Positions 1 to 11,900 of a stretch of DNA of 64,000 nucleotides are shown here, piece by piece (the stretch's first letter is position 1; each line of letters opens with the position of its first letter). Position numbers and translations under genes: made by a program. Under the pieces are notes generated by a model. The model ran no database searches, had not been told where the DNA came from, and worked only from the letters and a program-made list of their open reading frames with translations. Source of the stretch: Phoronis australis (taxonomy: Eukaryota > Animalia > Phoronida); NCBI GenBank assembly GCA_002633005.1, contig NMRA01000008.1, positions 1,521,328 to 1,585,327 of the forward strand, read 5' to 3'.

Positions 1-24
1 GCTTTATATTAATATATAGTTAAA

Positions 25-140
25 ACCGAGCTGAGGAGCTAGAAACCTGACTCAAGGGTCTTACAGTGTGCCCCAGCTGAAGCCATGAGCTTGAGTAAAG
101 AAGGCAGACACCTATCCCACTAGGCCACACTGCCTCCCTT
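25..140 (-). mobile_element. Degenerate tRNA-derived SINE head
   Basis: Minus strand begins GGGAGGCAGTGTGGCCTAGTGG (Pol III A-box TGGCNNAGTGG); B-box is degraded. Confidence 0.35.
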
Positions 141-222
141 GGCATAAGGACCTTAACAGAAAAGACTGTTCTTTGTTTTCTGGTTTTCTTTTTATATGGC
201 ACACCGTTTTAAAAACAATTGC

Positions 223-333
223 GGGCATTAGTCAGTTACAGAGGCCCTTAGTTTGGGAACTAGTTTGATGCCATTTTTCTGTATTAGAAAAGTTGTTCTC
301 AAAATGTGTGACCCACGTAAGTGACTATTGCGC
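223..333. mobile_element. ~115-bp palindromic MITE, family A (degenerate copy)
   Basis: Arms GGGCATTAGTCAGTTAC...GTAAGTGACTATTGCGC; similar to 35524-35637 and 20110-20210. Confidence 0.6.
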
Positions 334-2666
334 TAATTTGTGTGAAACATTTGAACATTCAAAAGGTACTCGTCTACTTGTATAGCCTGAGTTGAACCCT
401 GCGCTGGTGTCACAGTATAAAATCAACTCAGAGCACCCCGCACTAAAGCGCCACTAAGTCATTAGGGGTTACATCTGTCACAAGCATGCTGGTGGCAGGC
501 GTTTCTGTTGAGTAAAGATGGGTTTTGAAACAGATATAGTAAATCTTCTGATAAGGCCCATTCATACTGACTTAACTCGGGTATGAGAGGAGCATGGATG
601 TAAACTGCTAAGTTAATTGAATGGTTTGTACTAGCTTCGGTAGAAATTGATAGGTGATGCAGTCATCGTTGAAGTAAATGCAATAGCAGTGGCCCCTGCT
701 GATAACTACGAGGAGACTGGAGTTAAAGATGCATAGTCTCATTAAATTGTGATTATGCAAATGAAGTACTATTTACTAACAACCCCGTAACCTTCAGAGT
801 GCCGGAAACCATCCGAGAACCAGTTACCATTACAGTCTTGTTTTGTGATATTTTTATGTAAATGAGTATGGTATTCTATTCATTGTTACCCTAATAAAAT
901 AAGGCACAGTTTTTATTTTTTGGTTATTTCAATATCAAATAATTGTGTAATATTTGGAATTTCTTTTTTTGTATATGTTCACACTTGTTCTTAAGTATAT
1001 CAGTTGTGTTTTCTTTAGAACCGCAACTTATTTAAAAATTGTTTCTTTTCCGGATTATACTTGTACACACAGCTCTCCGGGAAATTACTTGGTGGTTCTT
1101 GCTACAAATGAAAATATTCAGGTTTGAATAAGACATAACATCTTTAACTGGTCATTAGTGACTGCAACTCACCAAACACTGACATGTCAATGTTACAACA
1201 AAAGGGCCTGTGGAGATACCAAGTTTTCCTTAGAGATCTTGATGGAGTTCATTAGATTATTGCAAGAGATAAGATCTCTATTGATAGCTGTGAAGACCAG
1301 AGAAAAAATCCCGTGCTGTTCTTTTACGGCCGTCGTGCTTAATGGAACTTGAAATCTGAATCCTGAGCAACGAAAAAATGTGCAATTAATGCTATGAAAT
1401 TGATTCCTGTTTTATTGGGGCCTACCAAGATAGGTTTCGGTTGGATCTTGAAAATAATGAAAATGACTTAGAACTCAGAAGTGATTACGGTATTTACAAT
1501 GTTTAGTGAGATGTCCATGCATGGGGTCTCATTCGAGGCATGTTTTGGGCTAAAGTTGTCCGTTCTCCCTACTCCTCCACCCTGTTTCATCAAGATGTCA
1601 TAAGGACATTATAATTGTTTTTATGGCTGAAAAGCGTAATTTTGGGATTATTCTTGAAGTTAGTGGCTTAAACCAAAGATGTAAAACAACAAAATCCATT
1701 TTTGTGATTTATTACAAATCAGCAATTCTCGACACACGTTTGCTGAAGTCAAGGCAGGTGTCTTTACCATCTAGATATGCTTAAAATACTCTGCTATTCA
1801 ATGCATGAGATTTGGCTCAGGGGCAGATTGTTGGGCTGCTATTGCGGAGTGACTGGGTTTGATTATGCACTATTGTTGATTTCTGTGATATTACCTTTCT
1901 TGCTAAGAATGACTGCCCCAGACGTTTTGGGAACAAGAGTCTGTATCCCTATTGTGAGATGGATGACAAAGCACATGGGTTGACATAAATAAGTTAAAAA
2001 CCACATACAGTGATAAGATCAAAAGGTTAAGAAAAATTCAGACTGAATCAAGTGTGTGATGACTGAGCTAGCTGTAGAAGGAATAAATGAGCCTACTTGA
2101 GATTAGAAAATTAAAACTTGGTGTTTGGTGTCATTAGAGGCATAATTTGTCATTACCTAGATTTTATCTTTGGCTGACGTAAATACCAACCAGATTTCTT
2201 GTAAGGATACATTAGCGATGACAAGTCATCGATAAATTTTTATGTTAGCACTCCTTTTGATATAATAAAGATATTTTACTGCAGTAAGCACACTTTCGTC
2301 CCTTGCCAAAATGCAAAATGGACTCAGTTCTTGTTTCTGAATTAGTCTTCCTTGGAGGCTTTTTGTTGGTGGGGCTCAGTCCTCAGTTGCTGTGTAAATT
2401 TCGGTGTATTTGCTGCTCGTACTACCATAATTATCAGTGTTAAAGACCGTGTTAACTTGTACCTTGATACTGTTGTCAGAGTTGGGTGGATATTCTCAGC
2501 TGTTCAGGGGTCGTTGTCCCGTCTGGGCGAACTTGTGCAGGGGCGAATAACCTACCGGTGTGTACTGGTTTTGTTAAAACTTTTTTTATTGATTGAACCT
2601 TAATGTTCAAATGTGGATTACATAGGTAGTTTGTGCATCTCCTGTTGACCTTGTTTTTTGTTTCAG

Positions 2667-2984
2667 GCGTGTTGGAAAATACGGGGAGCGTGGGACTTGC
2701 CTTGATAGTATGGTTCGCCTGTGGGATTTTCTCCATGATCGGAGCCTACTGCTACGCCGAGCTAGGCACCATGATCCGCAAGTCAGGCGCCGACTATGCG
2801 TACATCTTCGAAGCGTTTGGGCCATTCCTAGCCTTCCTCCGCTTGTGGGTCGAATGTATGATCATCAAGCCTTGCCTGGCGGCCATTGTGGCTCTCACAT
2901 TTGGCTACTACATCATTGATCCCATATTTCCGACTTGTGACCAGCCTCAGAACGCCATTCGACTGTTGGCAGCATTTTGCATCT
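2667..2984 (+). CDS. SLC7A5/SLC7A8-like: SLC7 LAT-like coding exon (TM2-TM3, conserved FPTC cysteine)
   Basis: tttcag|GC GTG TTG GAA ... ATC T|gtgagt; encodes [16 protein letters not shown]...LLAAFCI. Confidence 0.93.
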
Positions 2985-5900
2985 GTGAGTATGGATTCAG
3001 AGAGTTTTGGTAAAAACTCTTCAATTTGAGACAAAAATGTTCACTCAAGTAGCCATTTTTATGCGCCCACATATTTATATGTGGACGCATTATGCCGTTA
3101 TCTACTTCCGTCCGTCTGACATCTGTCCGGTGTCCGCTGCTCTATCTCCAAAATGCCGTGATGTATATTCATGAAATTTTGTACATATGTTCCTTTTGTG
3201 AATGGGACGGCATGAGCGAACTTTCGGACGGATCGGACTATGGGTGTGCCCCCTAGTGGCAATTTGATTTCTTATGTTTACTTCTGTATCTTCCAAAGTC
3301 CTGAATGGCTTTTCATAGAATTTAATATACAGGTACGTATTAGCGAGATGATGCTATCCTTTTGTTTTCGGATGGATTCGACGTAGTTTGCACCACCTAG
3401 TGGCTATTTTTACTGTTTTTGAATCTGTTTTTTGCGTTCACTCCTCTATCAACCAAACTGCTCAAAGGATGATTGTGAAAATTGGCATGCATTTTCTTAC
3501 TATAAAGTGGACGGCTGACAATGATTTTCCGACGACTTCGACTGCTGTGGCACCTCCTAGTGGCAGTTTTGTTTTATTTGCTCCTATGACTGTATCTACT
3601 AAACCATTTGCAGGATCTTTACTTAAGTTAGCGTATTTATATGATGTTAACTATGAAGGACGAGGACTTTCGGACGGATCTGACTACTTAGGTGCCACCT
3701 AGTGGCAATTTTATTTTTTTACGTTTACCACTGTATTGTTCTAAGGTCCTCAACATATTTTAAAATTTGGTATACAGGCATCTGTTAACCATTTGATGCT
3801 ATCTCTTCGTTTTCAGATGAATTCGACCTAGTTTGCGCCACATAGTGGCCATTTTTACTTCTTTCAAGTCTGTTTTTTGGCGTCCGCTCGTCTATTAACC
3901 AAACCGCTTTCAGGATAATTGTGAAAATTGGCATGTATCTTTTTACTATGAAGTGGACGGCTGACGATTTTCCGACGATTGTGGCTACTGTGGCGCCTCC
4001 TAGTGGCAGTTTTGTTTTTTTGTGCTCATAACTGTATCTCGTAAACCGTTTGCAGGATCTTTACCTAATTTAGCAAGTGTATTTATGTGATGTTGACATC
4101 AGAAGATGAAGACTTTCAGATGGATTTTACCACTGGTGTGCCCCTTAGTGGCAATTTTAGTGGTTTTTTTACGTTTGTATCTTCAAAGGTACTCAACAGA
4201 TTTTCATAATATTTTGAATATAGCCATCTATTGGTGAGATGATGCTATCATCCTGTTTTTGGATGGAATCGAGGTATTTTATGCCACTTAGTGGCAATTT
4301 TTGGTGTTTTCAAATCTTGTTTTTGGTATCCACATCTCTATCAATCAAATCATTCTGGGGATGGTTTTGAAATTGATGTATATGTTTTCAGTGTGAAGAT
4401 GACATTTGATGATGGCAACTGACTACTGTGGCACCCCCATAGTGGTAGTTTTGTTTTGTTTTGCGCCAATAGCTGTATCTCCAAAACCCACTGCAAGATC
4501 TGTAATTTAGTAAATGGATTTACATGAAGATAACAGACTACTTTCAGGCGGATGAAACGGTCGCAGTGCCCGCAAGTGGCAATTTCATTTTTTTCTGTTT
4601 TCCTTTGTTTCTCTGAAGTTCCTTGACAGAGTTTTATGAAATATGGCACGTGCCCATTTTTGGATGGATTGTGTTTTGCGCCATCTAGTGGCCATTTTTA
4701 TGATACAAATAAATAACCCTAAAAGCACACCATTTGCGATGCATTCGGGGGTGCATTTCAACGCTTCGCGTTGCTCTTGTTTAATTTTTCATAGACTTGT
4801 TTCTGTGGCTCTACAAATGCTAAAAAGTTCTAACCAAATGCTGTTTGGTGATGGCCATCCTTTTTAAACCACGCTAAAAACTAAGTAAAATTTCCTGAAA
4901 AGTACTTTTAGTTAAAAAAAATCATTTGTCCCACATATTATGTCCCAAATTGAAGAATTTATGTGTTCAATGAGCAATTTGCCTCGACAGCACACATGTC
5001 CCTCCACAACTTGTCAGGTCATTTCTGAACAGTTTGGTTACACACTTACTCTTTTGTCATTCCAAGTGAAAGAAATAATTTGCCTAATGTGTGTCCCTAG
5101 CATTTGATTATGTCCTACATTAGGCTCGGCCTACGCAGAGGTGAGTACTCAAATACGATAGGTCAGGAATGCTGCATTTTTATTCACATGTTTCATCACT
5201 TGTTGACAGTACCATGGGTATGAAGAAAGATCTTAACTCTCAAATGAGGTCAGCCTTGGATTTATAATTATTTCCATCTTAATGTCCAAACGTAACATTT
5301 TTAATTGCTGTTTCCTTAATAATTTTTCATGATTTTAGCTGGTTACTGTCAGTGAATGTTTCATCATTCGTCTTAAAGCTTTTTATGATTTTCTCAGTTA
5401 ATTTTAAAAAATGATGGCATTTGGCTCTTTCTCATTGCCCAGTAGATCATCTGCGGGCTAATATTGTTGAGGTGTTGTGAACTTTGTCCAAAACACTCTG
5501 ATGAGAAATGGGTCAGTGTCAGCCGTGTGCCAATGGGTGCCTTGATGACCTCCTGGTTGTTGTGTGGCTTGTGGCTACTATNACTATTTTTGAACTTGGA
5601 ATCATGTGATGTGCTAGAATTAACATGAATAAAAGTGTAACAGTTTTCAGTAAAAGGGTGCTTTCCGTGATGCAGAAACCCTTACCTCGATGATTTCCCA
5701 TGTCTTACATTGGATGTGAGGGGTATTGATTCCTTAGGTGACTGCAAATATCTATGATACTATAGACGTTGACTCAGTAAAAGTCTATGTTTTTAGAACT
5801 TGATTTTGAGTATTTTTACCAAACTGCCATTAATTGGGTCATGTTGCCAAATTTAGCAAAAGAGAAATTGACACCTATACCATAAAATGTTGTCGATAGC

Positions 5901-8900
5901 TGGTTTTAAATATTTGATATACCAGTAAATGTACTCAAGATGAAATCTTAAAAAATCTGTTACAGTTTCAATAAATATTTAGTTTTAGTTTTATATAACT
6001 TTACACAAGTGGATTCGCAAAAAATATTGCACTTTTATTGCCTGTTCTTTGGCTGGAGAAACTTGGGTCACAGATTTTTAATTTGCCTTCCAACATAAGA
6101 GATAATGGCTGTCAAAATGAAGACTTGCCAAAACTGATGTCGAAATCGTTGACTGAAAAAAACGGCCATGCGTACCCTGTTCTCAGAAACTTACTGCATA
6201 CCTATCTTAAATTTCTCCCTGTAAAAATTATGTACCATTCAATTTCTAACTCAATTCCTCCCGTCAATGAAGATAGAACGTAGACGATCACATACGCTGG
6301 AGGCTCGTGTTTCACCGATCTTGCCCCATTTTTGCCGAACAATTACGACTTCCATCTTTTATAATTTAAGAGCGTTTGATGTGTGCTGACTGCCGAGAGT
6401 GGCAAATGCACCGAGTTCACAACTGTGAAGCAAAGGTCCTAATTCTAGAAAAAAAACTTTCAGTAATTCAAAGTTTGGAAGTCAACACAAATTTTGAAAT
6501 AAATTTCGGGGAAATTATTGTCTGAGTTTGTTACTCACAGTGGTGTTTTGACGTTTTTCTTTGGTCGCAAAACACAATTAAGGTTGAATTGATGACCTGC
6601 AGCTCACCAAATCTAGCAGTAGATTATAGTTCAAACACAAAGTTACAGCAAATATCACAATTTTCACAAAAAATCGACCATGTAATTATAAACCTCTGTG
6701 CAGCATTGTAAGGCAGTGAGGACTGAAAATGACCAGTTAAGGTTGCTTGTAAACCTATTAGTGGAAAAAGACTGTTTTTAAAAATACGAACTGTGCATGC
6801 AGCAATTTATCCCATGCGCATTTAATCTGACGAGGGAAATACATCCATGTAATAAAGTTTTCCGTATTCACCTCTCGCACTAGTTCAACAGCGACCTCTG
6901 ACATGGAAAGTTCAAAAGGTAGGTCAATGTCAACTCGCCGTCTTCAGCCGGTTCAATCATCAAACTTTTTAATATAGTTTAAAGTAATACAGTTGCAATA
7001 GTGTAACTAACATTCGACATGCAACCAGGCCCTAAACATAAAATCTGGAACAAAACTGTTAATTATAAGACACTTTCTCTCAGTTTTCAATTGCTGAATA
7101 CTATATCATCTGCAACTCAGGCGCCGATTCCTAGGAAATTAAAATATCAAAAATTGCTGAACAGTGTCATTTTGAAGGGCTGTTATTATGGCAGCAGGGG
7201 TGCTGAAACCTTTTCCATGTCTTGTTTGGCCCATGTGATTATCAGTAGATCCTCTCTGATGCAAAGTTATTCAATTCTGCAGTTTGTTATCAGTATCTGG
7301 CCTGAAGGTCAAGAAGGTCAAGCCATAATAGATTTCAGCGATAAAGTACACGTGTTCTGTTCAGCTCAGAGTCGATAGGGCACGAAGTACTTGACTTTAG
7401 TTTTGAGAGTAGTGCAGCGAGAAAATTAAGGTACCCTCGCGGAGAATGGCCTCGAAAAATTGACCTATCGCAAGCTCCGCTCCCTTGCGTAATGTCGACT
7501 ATTAAGCAATAAGTTTTACCCAACAATATGTTGTTTTTCGGGAAAGTGGCGGCTTGGAAAGGAAGGTGTGTCAATAATGCTGCATTCTAAATGGTCAGTT
7601 AAGCCGTCATTCAAAATTCTGGCGATGGGTCGATTGGGCTCATTTCAGAGCTCACCCTCAGCATGTGGCCCGGCAATATTCCTAGGTCAGCAAATGTATG
7701 GCCACTTAACAAGGAAACCTCAGGACACCAAAAAGTGCATGTGTCCTAAAACCACTTTGAGGTTCTGATGTAGTAACATCATTTCTAAAATCTGTTAGTC
7801 TATTTACATTAATGTCAAGCCTGTTTACATTGACTTGGGTTTTGGTCTGGTCATCTCCACTGACAATCTAAAGGACCATAGTTAAATCCCAGCTTGTTTC
7901 AAGAAAAAAAAACGAAAAAGGGTAGAAAAAATTGCTCATCATTGACCACCATGAGTGTACCATACACCCGGGCTTGTCCTTCTAAGAACCCTGTAACACC
8001 TGAAGATATCCGGGGAAATGACCGACTGAAACGTCGTGCCAATGTAAATAGGGTAGAGGTTGGTGTAAATAGACCACAAATTTTAGAAATGATAAAAAGA
8101 ACACATAGTTGGGAAGAGCCGAAAATAACAAAGGATATAGCTGAAGAGAAAAGCCAGCAAATGTCAGCCCGTGGACCTGAGGTGGCTTTCTTTTTTGGTT
8201 GAATAGAGAATTAGGAGTGTCTTACATGCTTGGTTACGACCTGTTTACTCCTTTTGGACTCTATATCCTGCACAATCGATGAACGCACGTCACCCGTGCA
8301 TACCTCATAAATGGCCCCTTAGTTTCATCAAAATCATAAAAACATCGTCACCTTCAGGAAGAATGAGCAACTACTTGGCATGTCGGCTGCAGATCGATTG
8401 CTGATCTATTTGGGGATTAAATGGTTGAATTTAATGGGTTATATACGTTATTTGGTAATTGATAATCAAAAATATTAGGATTATGGTTATTTGCCACGGA
8501 AATTTGTAAATTCTGTGAAAGATGTCAGATTCTGTGAATTCCATGCATCATAAATTGTCACATTTGTAGGGATTCTTTGACAGCTTGATTTCTTAAACTA
8601 GTAGAAAAAGACGTGCTTTGTTGTCAAAAATCATTGCATCTTTTGCAACAATTATTTTTGAAATGTAGATGATATTAAAAACCCTTGTAGAACATGTTGT
8701 ACAGTTTTCAAATCTTAAAGTAAACTCTTTGTTTGAAATTAATTCCAAAAAGGCATCCTTTAAGGAAAATTTTGGCAACCCTCTTTTCGTTAGGAAACTG
8801 GTGGTGAAAAAGTCACCCTTCTGAGTGACATGTCATGTATACATTCTTCTATGGGAGTACCCTCTGAGTATGGTATTGCTTTCATATCCTTTATATTAAG

Positions 8901-11900
8901 GTCATTTCAAGTCTGCTACTGGAGGAGTGTGGATTCAAACTAGGGAGTTATCACATTTTGAAGTGCAAGTCATCACAAGATGGTGCTCTAAAATGTTACA
9001 AAAGTGTAATTTGTTTAAATTTGAGGAATGGTGTATATGGTTGTATCATAAATGGAATGTAGGGCTTATACCTGTAGAAAAGTGAATATTTGAACAAAAT
9101 ACAATCAGACTATTCCCCAACAGGTGCTGTTATTGACAGCAACACTTGCCAATGACAGTGAAGTTAACCTTTGATACCACGAAGTGTCGATGCTCCCCTG
9201 TGAACTCTTTCACTGCCATTACCTCCTTTCAATGAGTTACCCAGTCACTGACAGTTTGAAGACATTGGTAATTTTACCAATTCGCAAAAGGAAGACATTT
9301 TTCGACTTTTTGCATTTTAAAAAAATTTTGGTTGATCACTTACCTGTCAAATTGGATTTATTTAATGGCCTCTAAACTGTTCAGCGTAGTTTTGTTAGAC
9401 TGAAATTCAAAACGATTCAAATTCTGAATCCGAGTTTGAAATGTCAGATGTGATACAAGGTATGTAGTGGGCCAGCATGATATATATTTCAACCTAAACC
9501 TTCATTGTTCGTTGATTTTTTTCATACTTGTGATCTTGAAATCGGTATAGTTGGATTGCAGCCATTCACTAACACATTCTTCATGGATTACACTGCTAGA
9601 CTTTTTGTTTGACAGCTTAATACAGACTGGCTTATAGTGTCTAAACAATCGTCTTTCTTCAGGCCTCAGGGAAAGGCCTCAGGGGTACGGCTATGTAGCA
9701 AAACACCCTGAAGCTGCACTCCTGAAGAAAGGAGATTGTTCAGACATTACGAATGAGTCTGTATTAAGTTGTCAAACAAAAAATACAGTTGTGTTTTCAA
9801 CGAAACTTGTGATCTTGAATACTCTACCTGGCAAATAGCAGCTTCAACATGTGATACCACAATTCTAGAATATTTTTAAATAACGCGTTTGCGTCTTACC
9901 CTCAAAGTTTCATAATAACTTCTATGCATCTTATCAGCATCGGGTAACACGTTGCGGTCTCATTCACACGTGCAATTCTGATGTCGTGCAGTTCTGATGT
10001 CGGTTGACCTGCCAAGTGACTTCACAGCTGACAATATTGCTTGTCTGAAACGGCTCTTGAAATTTGTCATTTTAGTGTAGAACAGAAGAAATAACAGTCA
10101 GTTTTCAAGTTTCACTTCGTTTCAACAAATGTTCAAAATTTTGCCATAGTGTCGGTGACAGCCAATCCATGCTAGCATGTGAGTCCAAACCTTAGTCATG
10201 TGTTTTTGTTTAGACATTTGACAAAATCACATGTGTCCCATGGTAGATCTGAAATTGATTAACTTCCACAGTACTTAGGCACAGACTTAACACTTAGATT
10301 TCTTTGGTTGGGCTTTAAAGCAGTTGGGCTCTTATTCGACAATTGATATTGCACTGGTGATGAAGTACATAGTGCTTTTGTGTTGCTACATAGTCATTGG
10401 TCTGATTGTGGGTGCTATTAGAGATTAGCTATCAGTGTGAAGTAGGTTCCTAGCCTGCATTTCACTATAGATATTTACAAGTTCAGATTATTCGTATTTT
10501 GCTGACTCATATTATCAATGAGAAATAGTGTATTTATAGACATTATAGGAGATTGGTTATTCCTCTCCTGCAGTTTACTTTGCTGAGATTTACTAATTAC
10601 AAGTTGAGAATCTTTCTCAACTCCCAATTTGAAATTTATAGATTCCAGAGATTTTTATTTATAAAATCTTTTCCTTGTATCTCTTTTGCATATAATGTCC
10701 GTGTCTCTGCCGTATCAAATATGACATGGATTAAAATCATACTCTGAGAATCTGATCATCATTCCAAGGTTATCAACTGACTTTAGATTGCTAAGATTCT
10801 CTTCTGACATTCTCATGAGAATATAAACTTGAAAAAACATTCAAAGGTGCTGTAAGCCGCCTTGTGTCAAAACTTTCGACTGGTGAGTTCTGGACTTGTT
10901 TCTTACTAATTAAAAGCGGTTTTTGTACTTGGCAAGAACTGACAGGTCGATGTTTGAGGCCACACTGGGCACGTAAAATGACCCACTGGGTCAAGCTAAC
11001 TGAGACAGCATTCAGATGCCTTCCAATGAGAAGACAGAACATCCGTCTGATCTACCTTTTTATCATCTCTCCCAGAGCTGCTGACAGATCTGCCTTCCTG
11101 GAGCGAGAAAGATACATTCTAATGGTTTACCCCTGATTAGGCTCTGTTCACCCTTGGTGAGCACACAATTGACTAGAATATTAGTGTTCATCTCAGTGAC
11201 GTTTTCGTTCATTTTCTTGATGTTCTCATTCATTTCAGTCTTCATTTTGTTCATTTCAGTGGTATTGACGTTCATCAACTGCTGGGACGTACACTGGGCT
11301 GCCAGGGTGCAAGACGTCTTCACCTATGCTAAAGTCCTGGCCCTTGTTCTTATCATCATCACTGGATTTGTCAGACTCGGCTTGGGTAAGTTATTCACAT
11401 CCCAGGTTGCACTGCTTGTACGATACCGTTTCCTCGTATTTGAACAAAAAAGAATCCCCAAAACGGTTATTTGTTCCAGTTTTCAAAGGCGTAGTATGGT
11501 GCTGAAAATACCCACTTTTTATGGATCTGAGAAATGGTTCTTTAGGCTCATGTGCATTCTAATATTGCAATACATTTATCCAGAAATGGTGAAGGCATAT
11601 TTGCCTGAGTGAATCGACCATTCCATTTTTATTACAAATTTCTAAGCGTCCATGCTCGGTTTACCGTCCAACCTCTGTTTTTTTGATTTCCCAGTTGAAG
11701 TGTCCCGGGCATTTACCCGGGTGAGTACGGTAAATATGAAGTATGAAGTGGAGCGTTACGACTTGACGAAATGACATGTCTCCAAACATGTTGCTTTTTT
11801 GTTTGCTCATATTCTACATGTCACATTTTTATGTTTGCTTGTTATGTCTCGACAGCTTTGATTTTGTCGTCGAGCTTTTGTGAAGCGGCGCATATGCAAC

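Noticed and set aside
1-2666. Search for the SLC7 TM1 exon (GxIIGSGIF) and start codon
   Set aside because: Not found; the 5' part of the gene appears to lie upstream of the window.
3240-4700. Regularly spaced short conserved motif resembling a CRISPR or attC array
   Set aside because: The intervening sequences are homologous monomers, not unique spacers; the context is a eukaryotic intron with no cas or integrase genes.
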